A DNA stretch of 59,320 bases, the filler included, from Sphacelaria rigidula (lineage: Eukaryota), in the NCBI GenBank assembly GCA_964200075.2. It is 10 parts of 10 records of this genome, joined end to end, with 100 filler letters (N's around TTAATTAATTAA, not from the genome) between each part and the next. Parts side by side here need not be neighbours in the genome. Positions count along the whole stretch, not along the records: positions 23,769 to 29,610 come from CAXNAA020024032.1; positions 29,711 to 35,552 come from CAXNAA020024033.1; positions 35,653 to 41,494 come from CAXNAA020024034.1; 7 more parts are not named here. The stretch is one strand, 5' to 3'. Both the position numbers and the translations under genes were made by a program. This document shows, one piece after another, positions 25,733-38,503 of this stretch; positions within the stretch are counted from its first letter, which is position 1; every line of letters starts with the position of its first letter. Below the pieces are notes generated by a model, which saw only the letters and a program-made list of their open reading frames with translations, did not search any database and was not told where the DNA came from.

Positions 25733-26308
25733 CAAGCATAAATCGAGTTTCGGGCTAAACGGGAGTTTGCATGTTCGATGTTGAAGTGGTGAGAGTAATG
25801 AAACACTTGTATTCCGGACCGGAAGGTCAGAGCAGTAGGGGTATGTTGAAGGCTAGATTCAACGAACTTGGCGTTCTGTGGACTAGTGTTGGACTAGGCA
25901 AGAAAAACTGACTGTTGAGTGTACTCTGAGCCTGAAAAATGAGTTATTTTACTCGTAGAGCAATATCACATGTTAGGCGGTCAAGTGCGACAGAAGGGAT
26001 GAAGAAGTACAGGGGTGAGGGCCGAAAGATTTTCTGCACTCCCCCCCCCCCCCCCCGAGCTTCACTCCTTTTTACACCTTTGGTTTTTGGCTGACGGTCT
26101 TGGTTTTTGAGTGCTATTTCAAGAGCAGTTACGGGCGCTGTCTTGTGTGTGGAGATACAGAATATAGTACAAATAATGAAAGAAAGAAGCATAAAAACCA
26201 CATTTCTGTGTGTTGGGCACAGGGGGTCCCAAAAAATCGAGATTTGTTTGCCATAAAAGTGGGTCTGAGGACGGCTGGATTTTGAGCGGACCAGGTGATT
26301 TGCCTCAA

Positions 26309-26406
26309 CCCTTGGACCGCGAGATTAGTCTTTCTGGATCATGCATATTTTTTTTCACTTGAAATTGATCCCGATTCAACAGAAGACTAACCTTGCGGTC
26401 TAAGGG
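26309..26406 (-). mobile_element. About 99-bp piggyBac-type MITE copy
   Basis: tcaa-CCCTTGGACCGCGAG...CTTGCGGTCTAAGGG-ttaa. Confidence 0.8.
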
Positions 26407-27717
26407 TTAAACAATTCTCAATGTGAAGACAACAACAACAAGCAATCGACCGATCACTAACCAATGCACTTCTTCAAGGGAGCAAAAAAAAGGTATGTCT
26501 GATACTTTCACCACCACTCTAAAAATATAGATGATACACTCAAACATGATGCATGTTAGATACCACCTTAAGGGGCCATAATATCTTGGTTTCAGTAACC
26601 GCGGTAGTTCACGAGTATCCGTTGCACATAGCGAGAAGATGACACGAGATTGCAAAACACAACAACGACCACTCAAAGTCCACCCTCTCACAAACAGGCA
26701 GTATCATACAGTACAGGCAACAGTATGGGTGGTTTCATCGCAAGTATTCCACCAACAACGCTGAACGTGGCCTCGTTTTGAAAAATCACCGTAGTTTTTC
26801 GAGTTTCAACACGTTACGTACTACAAGTCCCCAGAACACTCTCGGCTGAATTAACCCGGATGCTCACCTGCTCCAAGTGACCTGCCCGTGTCCCCAAGCC
26901 ATGTCGAGGTGATTAAAATGCCGACTGACAACGCGGCAATGATAGCAGCGCCCAAGAATGCTGAGTTCCACCGCCGCATGATTATGACTGGCTTGTTCAG
27001 GCTGGCCGCTCCGTAGGCAGGGCAAGGGCACCGGGCACACCTGGGTACCGAGAACCTGGGGCACTGGCGCGAACAACAGCTATCGTGCTGGTTGCACTCG
27101 ACGGACCTTTACTGTGCGCCACTGTCGAAGGTACCCCTTTTCTCCTTGTACAACAAGTTCTTCTGGATAATTTCGACAAGCAGCGCCTAGTGGTGAGCAG
27201 TTGTGCAACTTGCCAGAACTGTCGCCACAACTACAGCAGCACTGCACCTGTGTCCAACTCGTACCAGCGCTGACTACACACGTGATTCACGATTTCTCCG
27301 CCGTCTACGCGCAGAGAAGTTCTTGTGTATTAATCTTACCGACGGAGACCAAGCCACTTAATTTGTGCGTACCACGGGCTATTTCTGGTTGTCAACTGGG
27401 GTGTCAGAACCTACCCCTACAGCAGCATTGCGACGTGTCGGATGAACGGATGCACGGTACTCGTAAAGCCGCGTATTTGTATAGTCTCACTTCTCAGGCC
27501 GGCGGTGGTAGCGTTCCGAACGGCCATCGCACCGCGCGAAATGTTTTCATGTGTGTCTGTATGTTCACCCTTATTAGAGGTATCTCAAACTCGGCTCCCG
27601 ATATCCTGGTTTGTTTTGTTCTATTTTTTGAGTGAAAATGATGCCGATTCATCAGATGATGTGACCCTTTGACCGCCAGGTCAGGTCCTCCCATGAATCG
27701 CGATCACTTTCACGTAA

Positions 27718-27986
27718 CCCTTAGGCCGCGAGATTAGTCTTTCTGGATTAGGCATATTTTTTTTCACTTGAAATTGATGACGATTCAACAGAAGACTAAT
27801 CTCGCGGTCTAAGGGTTTAAAAAAATAGCACACAACTCAGAGCCAGCGAATAAACCAGGATACCGGGAGCCGAGTGTGAGATATACCTCTATTAGACCGC
27901 GATGCAAGTCCGTCTGGATCACTCATACTTTTTCCAGGTGACATTGATGCCGATTCAGCAGGTGACCTACCGTCGTAGTCAAAGGG
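27718..27986 (-). mobile_element. Two more piggyBac-type MITE copies (27718-27815; diverged about 27888-27986)
   Basis: CCCTTAGGCCGCGAG...CTCGCGGTCTAAGGG; second copy ends gtcaaaggg. Confidence 0.75.
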
Positions 27987-28739
27987 TCAAGTCGAATCGA
28001 CGAGGGAAAGGGACTGCTGAACCCCTCCCGCGAAAAAAAATGAAGGTAAGCACACGCAACAGGAGGAAGTACAACACAGGAGTTTTTATTTTTTATGTTA
28101 TTATTATTTCTTGTAAAATCCACCGTCCTTCTGCGGTGGTTGCCCTACTTTTTCTCTTGAGAAGGGTTCAACGGTCCTTTCTCCCTCGTCAACCATGAAG
28201 TCAGTAAACTACAAAGTGTACTCACGGTATTATCGCTCTGAACCGTTGGGCGCATGATGGGAGGGGGAAAGCTGGATCATTCCTTCACTCGACCGAGGGA
28301 TAGGAATAATACGTATATCCGAGTGCTCTTGGAGTGTTGGGTATTTGAACGGCGGCAGATGGAAATAAAAGATCTGAATCTCATACTCGTAGTCGAAATG
28401 ATTCCGATTCAACAGAATGATGGGGTCCACACACACACGAGGCCATTTGATCGACTACTCCCAAAAATACTCTGTTGTTCCGGTCAACTTTTCGAGCCTC
28501 CAGAGGGATTAAACGCCACTAGGGGGTGCGCGCCCCTGCAGAGGGGTGATCGAGCACTTCCACAGGCTTGATTTGCCTCTGGAGGGCCGCGCACCCTCTG
28601 GAGGAACTTGGAGGATACGAAGCCCTCCAGAACACCATCTTCTTGGTTACTCTGGAGTCAGAAGTCACTGGAAGATCAGATTCCCTGCAGAGGATTCGTT
28701 TTATGACCGGAACTGAGTATTATGCAATACCGCCCGCTG

Positions 28740-29116
28740 TCTGTGTGTGTGTTGTGTGTTGTCGTCCCCTTTATTCTGGGCACCACCAGTCTTCCCCTTC
28801 CGGTATAATATGTGGGCGCACCAGCCGGGGTCACACAGGAGGACGGTCAACACAGGAGCTTTCCAGTTTTTCATATGTTTTCAATACCCCACCTTCCTTC
28901 TGCGGTGCTTACCTTGATTTTTTTATCGCGAGAGGGGTTTAGCAGTCCCTTTCCCTCGTCAACCGTAAGGTCGAACTTTGTGCAACCGCGACATAGTCGC
29001 TCTTAGTGTTGAGCATGGTGTGAGAAAAAATTCCAGATCACTCCGGGACTCAAACCCCCCTACTCAACCATCAGAAGGTTACGAGGTTACCAACTGAGCC
29101 ACCGGGGCGACCGGCT
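28740..29116 (-). mobile_element. tRNA-derived SINE family 1, full length
   Basis: Minus-strand head gccggtcgccccggtggctcagttgg (A box), shared body, (CA)n tail; homologous to 49711-50055. Confidence 0.8.
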
Positions 29117-29359
29117 ACCCTCTAGGTTTTTTTTTCACCCTCCGGAGGGTCACTTTACCCTCGAGAGGATGAAATTCGCTATAGAGGATGTTTATGGGGG
29201 TAGCCGAATGGCCGCGTGGGCAGGGGGTTCAGCCGAGCGCCGTTCTGCAGGATTCGGGCATGGGCCATTATGTATGGCCTCAAACACAACGACCCACCCT
29301 GAGGGTGGCTGTCATCTGTATAAATGGATCATCTGCATAAATGGACAAAGCCGAAGGGC

Positions 29360-29360
<1 letters not shown>

Positions 29361-29435
<75 letters not shown>

Positions 29436-29610
29436 GTCGTCCCATCTATTCTGGACGCCGCGGTCTACACCTTTTGGTATATTTGTGGGCGCACCAGCCG
29501 GGGTCACACAGAAGGAACGTCAACTCAGGAGCTTTTCTTTTTTCTTTCTTTTTAATACCCCAACTTCCTTCTGCGGTGCTTGCCTTTCTTTTTTATCGCA
29601 AGAGGGGTTT
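29361..29610 (-). mobile_element. SINE family 1, 3' half with long (CA)n tail
   Basis: (GT)n followed by tgtcgtcccatctattctggacgcc...; cut by scaffold end. Confidence 0.85.
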
Positions 29611-32600
29611 NNNNNNNNNNNNNNNNNNNNNNNNNNNNNNNNNNNNNNNNNNNNTTAATTAATTAANNNNNNNNNNNNNNNNNNNNNNNNNNNNNNNNNN
29701 NNNNNNNNNNATCCCTTGCGAGACGGAGCACCGTTCCTACTCCTAATAGAGACACCTCCAACATTCTGGCGCTCATTAGCTTTTTTTTCGGGGGGGGGCG
29801 TGCTTTTGTACAAACCTGGGTATATCAGTCGCTTTGGTAGGGGATTTATCCCGCGGATTGAGTTTTGGGAATCTAGTTTGTTGGGCAATGTTTCTCGGCT
29901 AGCTACAAGGACATGCACCGGATCATGTCTTCTCCGATTCCCTAGACATTGAATTTTGGTATTTCACCGTACTGCTCAAATTGAGACATGTCCGAATGTG
30001 TGTGCGCGAGGGACAGTTTTGAGCAGTAGCGCTGTTTTCTGTACACACATATCTAGGCCCATCGTGTCATGAGCAAAACGGTGAAACACAAAACGTCCAC
30101 GTCCAGAGACAAGAGAAGTAATCAGATTTCCTCACAGCCACCCGAGCAACGTTGCCCAACGCACTGGGTTCCGAAAACGTAATCCGCGCGACAATATTAC
30201 GTTCAGAGAGGCCGAAATCCTCAGATGTGTACAAACGCAAAATTGCCTTCATGAAATCTGGTCTCACAGTTTCTTCCAGCCCAAACGCGAACTTCTCGTC
30301 GCTATTTTCTTCCGTATACAATACGGAGTTCTCACAACCTAGGTACCGCCCAGGCCTAACCCATGACATATTTATATATGAGGTAAAATACGGAGTTCAC
30401 ACGGTCAGTTCGAAGCCAAATACATGCGGATCCCTCGAGGGTCCAGTAACGCCCAGGCATACAATACACTAATCAATCATCATCTGGATAGAATGTAAGC
30501 ACAACCACGGTGTGTACTAGGCGAGGTTCATTTCGCTTCAGTAGATTTGGGCAAGAAGGTGGTCAGGCTTTGTTGTGCCAGCCGACCCGTCGCTCGGCTC
30601 GTGGCATCGAGGTCGACAGGAGAATGCCGAGTGTTGAGGTCACGAGATGCAACAAATGCACACGAGACGGAACCATTCGAGCTGATCCGTCTTACGTAAC
30701 TGTCAGAACGGTCTTCGTTGTGCCTCAAGAGTTTCTCGGTTGGTTTTTCCTGTTGTGGCGTCGATGTCTGGTCCATAGATGGAAATGTGGCTTTCACGTA
30801 TGGTAGAGAAAAGAAGTTGCACGCGTGGCGACCCCCCCCCCCCCTTCACCCTTCCTTTCTCCTTTTTTTTCCCGACATGAAGGGTTTGGAATATGTATGG
30901 CTTCCTGGAAAGTATCACTAGGAGCCCCCTTGGTTGCACGCTCATAGCGCGGATAAAAATATTTGATTCTTAGATAATATGTCGTTGTGGTGGTCTCATG
31001 CCGCCATCTCAGCGATCCAGGTGGCCTTGCCTAGTCGCATGGTTACCGTGTGCGCTAGATCAGCATGATCATCGGTATCGTTTACGGTGTACCACTTACT
31101 CAGTATGGCTGCGCAACCGTTTGGAGGGAATGGAACTCGAGAAATAGTCAGTACAGTGAAAACAGGGTTTTGGTGCGGACAGAAATTGCCGCGCCGTTTC
31201 GGGAGGCGCGCGGTGTATGCGACACAGCTCGCTCCCCCAACTTGTCAACGAAGGTGTGGTATGGGGTACAAAGTGCCGCTGCTCTCTTACTTGGATGTGC
31301 AAGCTTCAAGAGCATCGCTTGGGCTTCGGCCGGTCAATTTTCCGTAGCATCGTTCCAAACATCATCGCCCAGCAATACCTCTCACTGGGGGATGTACTTA
31401 CGGATATATGATTCGCGTGCCCCCTTGAGGCGCCTGATCCATGGAGTAATGACAAATGAGTGTGGCGGATTCGCTCGCCGTTGCTCCGTGGCTCCAGATG
31501 GTCGTCTGCACCTACGATATACAAGCTGGGCCGGCCAGGAGAAAACACTTTTTTTTGTCAGATGGCCATGTATTTTTTTTAACGGTATCACGTTGAGTAT
31601 GTAGTCGTAACCGGCCAGGTACGGCGGTCACGCGTAGCCGCCCAGTATTGGAGTCCGCCAACTTAGTGTCGTGAAACTCTCGTCTCCATGCGTGTGAGTA
31701 TTCCTTACCAGGGTTTGTATCGGCTCTTCTGAATATTCCCCACGGAAAAATATATATATTTCGATTTTGCCCAACGTTTCTGAGCCCGTAAATCCCGAGG
31801 CGAGGAAAAAAAACGGTGAAGGTGTCACCCCGTGATTCATCGTCGTTTGACAGTTATAGCCGAGGCACTACTATATTCCGTCTGGTGAGTGTAAGTTGGT
31901 ATTCGAAGTGGTTCCGGTTCAAATATCTGCGAAAATGGCCACGCGGAGCTCGTTCCTGACAGTTAGGACCTGGCATTTTGACATGTGGAGTAACTCCCCG
32001 ACACATCTGTCGTCAACCCCACTTTTTTTCTTCTCTCGTTGCCTTGTATCCCAATTTATATCCACGGGAAACATTGAGTCGGTCGTTTCTCGGCCAAGAA
32101 GGAAAAGTGGTCGTGATGGCGACTGTATCGGCGAGTTACTCCCAAATCACGTGCCAATTTTTCAGATTTCAATTCTATGACAAGAGGTACCGTTGGCGAT
32201 TTGGAAAGTATCTCGCCATTCTGGCCGGTTCAGCTTCTATGACCCTCTCTATAGTCTTTAAAATGAGGCAACCATTTATGAAGAGACGGTCATACACCAC
32301 AGTTTGCAAAATGCTGAACCTAGCCATACTGGATTCATTAAGCTCAGTAATGTCCCGTCGGTCACAAAGAACGAGATTGTGGGACGGTCAGGTCGCAAAC
32401 GCATATCAGGATGATTCCAGTGAAATGAAACGGGGAAGCAAGCGAAACAAGGTACAACGTCACGGACTAGCATGGACTAGTAGACGGTATGCGTGTGGGT
32501 TTTTCATATTTCTGTCCCCGTTGTTATTGCGTAACAGATGCGACCATGCCCATATTTTCCGTCTCGGCTTTTGTGTGCCGTGCGTCTCCATTGGCGGATG

Positions 32601-34973
32601 CGTATAGAGGAGAACGACTGAGCCGGCGTGTGGTGGTGACTTCTGCTACGGTAGCCTAGCATCTCTCCCCGCCTTGACTCTGGACTGGTCGACCCTAGTC
32701 GCAATTGCTAGGCCTTCTCAGGGTCTCGATGTTGGCTACATGGAAGATTCAGCGGTGAGTGAGTCGGGGGATCTGCAATAATCATACGTTGTTCGAGTGT
32801 TGTATTTAGTATGCAGTATTGTTCCGTAGGTGAACCCTACTCCTTCTGGGCAGTGATGGTTTTGGAGCTGGTATTAGTTAATGCAGGGAGTAGGGGAGGA
32901 GGCGTGAAAGAGGGAAATTTTGTCGTCGACGGTCTAGTTACGAAAACGTAGGCTAGACTGAATACTCACATGTGCCGACTATTACCCCCAATAACGCGCT
33001 TTGGACCCCCAGTCGCTACTGATGCTATCCTGTTGCATTTCCTGTAAATGTATTCGTAATTCGAGGTATCGTCGGATGTGTCTGTAGGCACATTGAAACC
33101 AAGGGACTACTGGCGCTCGTCAGCGAAGCACTTAGTTGCCTACACTGCAAACGTAGATTTTTGGTAAGGTTATACGCAGCTCACCGACCACACCCAACCC
33201 TTCGCTGCTCAGCTGGACACTTTGCCCGACACTAATTTTTGAAGTGAAAATGATGAGGATACATCCCATGGGCGCACCCGTGGGTGATGCAAGGGTCGAG
33301 TGATCGTAGACACAACGGAAACCCAATACATTCATAATACCACGTTCAAGCCAACCGGCGGCTAGTGAAGTGCCTTGCTGTGCATGCTGAATCTCACCTC
33401 TGTGGAATTGTCGAGGTGTAAACAACAGGTGATGATGGGAGTGCCAAAATTATTTCGTACCAACGCACAGTAGTAGTAGTAGTACGTCTGTTGGGGTTGA
33501 ATTCTCAACTTCGCTCTAACCGGTTTCTAGATAAAATATCGTGACAGGCTACCGCGGCGTGGCATCTATTTTTTCGGTGTCGCGCATGGAATCCATGACT
33601 AACACTCCCGCCCCGCGTGCAGTCTCGTCGAACTTCCTGTGCAACACACGCCCTCATGTTTCCGACGTCGGAAATCAGATACCCAGAGAACAAAATGCAT
33701 ATGCCGGGATCGAACTCTCAACCTTGCACTCTCACGTGTTCCCAATCGTCCCAATTAGGCCCCACCGGGCTCCGTTGTATGTGTACCGTAACATCCTGAC
33801 CTCGTATGAACAGATCTCTTCCGAGGTTCCGGCGAACTCATCCAACCGTTGTGCACAAACACTCACCAGATTTTGCCCCGTGTCTTGCATCCGATGGATG
33901 TGGTTGCGCACTTTTAACAGGGTCGCCAGGATCAATTAGGAGGGCTTGACCTCACCAACAGGGGTGCGACTTCACCGGCTGGGTGAGCTAGACCGACCAC
34001 ACGGAATCCTTGTACTTGTTTTTTCGTCGCCACTTCTACTACTTGGTGGCGCGTCATAGACATTTTGTAGTGTCACCCCTCGGTAACCGTCTGCCGGACT
34101 GTTGTACGCGCTCGTGCATAGCAACAAACTACTACAGAGCAACAGCAACGGCTCGCGAGAAATCCAAGATGCAAATGACTAACAAGCTGGCCCGCTTTGT
34201 ACCCGACTAGGGATGAATGCGAGAAACTGGGATTACACGGAATCTGACGCGTATATCTCCTTTCCTATCGGCTGTTGATTTTGTCCTTGATCGATGGTCT
34301 TGGGGCTGTGTGTTCGTACCTGCTCTACTGTACTGCTTCATTGGGTTTCATCACCTCTGTATCCTCCTCCTCTGCGCTCTCTCCCTCCCTCTCTCTCTCT
34401 CTGCATACAAGTAGCAGTTTGCATGAGAATCCCATGCCCCAAATAGTGTGGTCGGTTGACACGAGAGGCAATCTGTTCCCACGATTTTTGTGTTTCTATT
34501 GGACATGAGTGATTTTGCGCAAAACCTTTCCCACCGAAGCCACGTTGGGTTGAGACCACCCATTTATTTATAGTTTTTATTATTACGTAAGTATAATCTG
34601 TCATTCATGTGACCACGGTTGGTGTACAACAATTAATCAATCAAGCATTCAAAGGCAGTCAGATTTAGGGCGGTTAAATTTCACCTCCAAGCCATGTGCC
34701 GTTGGCATGGGGAACACTTCTGAGCTTCCGCAAATCGGATGGGTTCACCCGGGTGTTTGCATCCCAACGCGTCGCCGCAGTCAGAGTGAGCAGTGTACAT
34801 CTATCATGAGTGTTCCTTTCGGGCACACAAGGTACGAAACAGTTCCTTTGCTCCGCTCTGGTTACGGTCGTAAGAATTTGCTGGGATGAACAGCACCGGA
34901 AATACACTGCCCTAATGATGCATGCGCTTTCTTGTATGCATTGTTTTCTACACCCACGTGAACGCCCATGCAG

Positions 34974-35112
34974 GTTCACCTACCTTGGACAGTTTCTGTC
35001 CCATGACATGAACCAGGATGCAACGTCGACGCTGGGCGTGCCTGTGGACCCGTTTACGTTACCCAACACGAATAATCCTGCAGTGGACCTCGACACCGTC
35101 TACACCCATAAC
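34974..35112 (+). CDS. Internal exon of a heme peroxidase (peroxidase-cyclooxygenase superfamily, bacterial-like)
   Basis: cag|...|gtgagt boundaries; FTYLGQFLSHDMNQDATSTLGVPVDPFTLPNTNNPAVDLDTVYTHN carries the distal GQFxxHD motif and an N..P..DLDxVY motif. Confidence 0.8.
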
Positions 35113-35743
35113 GTGAGTATAATTCTCGATGAAAAAGTTATTCACCGTGGAATTACGGGACACGTGCGCAGATTCATTATTGCCGCTTGCAGCTCTCGTT
35201 GCGGTATGGCACTGTCGTCCTACGTGGTGTTGTCAACCATAGTCACTACAACCTTTGATGATCTTGCCGCGTATGCGCGCTGGTTCTGTAGAGCGGACGG
35301 TACACCCCGACGCTACAGTGCTTGACACCGTCGACTGACACGTATTTACCCACTCAGAGCTGGGTCGGAAAAGGCTTCATCGCCATAGGTCACAGGCCAT
35401 ACGCGGCGTACTGTCTCGGATTTCGGGGCAAAATTTCGACACCACAGAGAAGAACACACATAGGTGAACCATACATCCGGGATCAGCCCCCCCCCCCCCT
35501 TCAAAACGCTTGGTCCATTAGCCACGACGGAGAAAAAGAATGCACAAATAGGNNNNNNNNNNNNNNNNNNNNNNNNNNNNNNNNNNNNNNNNNNNNTTAA
35601 TTAATTAANNNNNNNNNNNNNNNNNNNNNNNNNNNNNNNNNNNNNNNNNNNNCCAATCTCCCCATCCAAAAACCCCCCGCCCCCCCCCCCCTTTTTCTTT
35701 TTTTCCAGAACCCCCCCCCCCCCCCCCCCCCCCATAAACAGGT

Positions 35744-36576
35744 CAGGGGTCTACCAATAGGGCAAGCACTCGAGTCAGTGCTCGCTGTGGAAAAATGAAT
35801 GACTCGAGCACACGAGTCATTGTTCGTTGTACAAAAAAAATGACTCGAGCCCACGAGTCATTACTCGCTGTGAAAAAAGAATGACTGACGTACACGAGTC
35901 ATTGCTCGTTGTAAAAAAAAAGAATGACTCGGGCCCACGAGTCATTGCTCGCTGTAAAAAAAGAACGATTCGAGTACACGAGTCACTGCACGTTATAAAT
36001 AAATAAAATGATTCGAGCGCACGAGTCATTGCTCGCTGTGGAAAAATGAGTGACTCGAGCACACGAGTCATTGCTCGCTGTGAAAAAATGAATGACTCGA
36101 GCACACGAGTCATTGCTCGCTGTGAAAAAATGAATGACTCGAGCACACGAGTCATTGCTCGTTGTGAAAAACAATTATGACTCGAGCACACGAGTCATTG
36201 CTCATTGTGAAAAAACTGAATGGCTCGGGCACACGAGTCATTACTCGTTGTGAAAAAAATTAATGACTCGAGCACACGAATCATTGTCGCTGTGAAAAAA
36301 CTGAACGACTCGAGCACATGAGTCATTACTCGTTGTGAAAAAGATTATTGACTCGAGCACACGAGTCATTGCTCGCTGTGGAAAACAATAATCACTCGAG
36401 CACACGAGTCATTGCTCGTTGTGAAAAAAACTGAATGACTCGAGCAAGGAGTCATGCCCGTTGTGTTTAAAAAAAAACATCCACGAGTGCACTCGTTTCG
36501 ACGAGTAATGACTCGTCCGACGTGTGGAATTTTAATTTACCCCCATATGGGGGGATATACTTTTGCACCTCCCCTG
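35744..36576. mobile_element. hAT-like element carrying about 17 tandem 42-43-bp palindromic units (35765-36455)
   Basis: Ends CAGGGG...CCCCTG; unit AATGACTCG-AGCACA-CGAGTCATT-GCTCGYTGTG-A(n); no TSD seen. Confidence 0.6.
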
Positions 36577-36622
36577 CCCGAGGGTTCTCGGTATGCCTTC
36601 GTTGGGGTTGGGGTTAGAGTTG

Positions 36623-36967
36623 GTGTGTGTGTTGTCATCCCATTCATTTTGGACGCCAGTCTATACCTTTCGGTATATGTGGGCGCATCAGCTGGGATCA
36701 CACAGGAAGGCCAACACAGTTTTTTGTTTGTTCGTGTTAGTACTCCACGTTTCTCCTGCGGTGCTTGCCTTCTTCTTTATCGCGGGAGGGGTTCAGCAGT
36801 CCCTTTCCCTCCTCGACCGTGAAGTCGAACTTATGCGTACCCACGACATGGTCGCTCTCCATTGTTGGGCATTGTGTGAGAAAAAAATCCCAGATCGTGC
36901 AACTGCGCCGAGATTCGAACCCACGACCCAACCATCAGAAGGTTTCGCAACTACCGGGGGTACCGGC
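36623..36967 (-). mobile_element. SINE family 1
   Basis: Minus strand B box ggttcgaatct, shared body, short (CA) tail. Confidence 0.8.
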
Positions 36968-37221
36968 AGTTAGTGTTAGTCCAAATCGTAAATCTCCGAG
37001 AAATTCCCACCCCTATCAACTGGTAAACTAACCTCCACTTCGGGTGTGTTTGGATCCTGCACGCATGTCACATCGTCTCAACTGCACATTTCTCCCCGTC
37101 TCGGTACTGCTGCTACTGCTGCTGCTACTACTCTACCGTACATTAGTGCACACTTATTCCATCATCAGTGGCTGACTACAACAGTAAAAATAAGTCAGCA
37201 TCTTATCGCTCTTCACTAGAT

Positions 37222-37306
37222 GTATCTTGAACTCGAGGTTCCCAATATATTCAACATGGTAAATTTTACCGTATTGAATATATCGGGAACCTCGAGTTCA
37301 AGATAC
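37222..37306. repeat. 85-bp near-perfect palindrome
   Basis: 42-bp arms with 3 transition differences around a 1-nt centre. Confidence 0.95.
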
Positions 37307-37325
37307 CTCCACTAAACACAGTCTA

Positions 37326-38503
37326 CGAGCTGGGCCAGCCTAGAAGCGGATTCGGAGTTTGCGGGCCCATTCGCAACTTAATACTTTGAGTTGGACCCTA
37401 AAAATTGGTATGGACAATCAACAGGGCATAATGAACAAAATATGCATGGACCCAATGTTTTTTTTTTAATTATTCAAGGGCATTTTACTGAATTATTGAT
37501 TATTGCCTTTAACTCATGAAAAAAAAAAAACTTTGGGTCCATGCATATATTTTTCATTATGCCCTGTTGATACGAAATTTTACGGTCTAACTCCAAGTAT
37601 TAGATTGCGAATGGGCCGCTTAGTAACCGGGCCGGTAGGAATTCGGAACAGTATTTTGCAGGCCATTTACCGGCCCACGTGTTTGTGTGTTGAAATTTTG
37701 TGTGGGACCTCGCGAGGGCATGATGAACCAGAAACATTGGATCAGGCTGGTTTTGGTCTGTATTTTTTCACTGGTAGGGGGCGTTTTAGTATGGCAATGA
37801 CCATTTTTCTACGAGAACGCCGATACCTTCCCTCCCCCCCCCATCCCCACAGAGAAAAATGAAGGCCCATTTTTTTTATTCGGCATACCTCTGTGGTTCT
37901 CCATGCCAACTTTCAAATCACGATTCTGATAATTGAGCTAAAAAACCGAGATAAGACCCAAGAGCAATGTTCATTTCTCCTCAAAACTCCCTTCATAAGA
38001 CGTGAAAGAACGTAAAAGAACGTTTTTTTCTTTTCATCATGAGCTACTGGTTCTTCATACGGAATTTCATAGCACAGCTCTCAAAAACTGAGACGCGATA
38101 TCCAGATTTAGTTAATCTGGTACCTCTGCTCGTAATATATTGATTTCAGTATCGAAACTTTTGTGCGCCATATCTCTAGGTAGATTACGAATTAGGTGAA
38201 GGTGAGGGTATCTATCGTCTCCCGTGCTCCAGGGACTGTCCACACCAAAAATCGTCGCCATCTGGTGAATGTATCGTTCGATGTTTCATATAGATTTTAG
38301 TATGGAAGCTATCTCCGTACGGTATAGGAATTACTACACATGAGGATAATCCGGGACAATATTGGCCCAGAATTTTGAGCAGATAGGCACCTTCCCCTTG
38401 ATTAGACGATTGTTACGATATGCGGGTCACGGCCCAACTCGTCTGTGTTGATGACATTTGGCAATGAGAGATTAAAAAAGTGTTTTTAGACTGGCCCAGC
38501 TCG
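37326..38503 (+). mobile_element. 1178-bp TA-MITE, second full copy
   Basis: TA-CGAGCTGGGCCAG...CTGGCCCAGCTCG-TG; colinear with 21069-22226. Confidence 0.85.

Noticed and set aside
35765..36455. CRISPR array
   Set aside because: No unique spacers, no cas genes, eukaryotic context.
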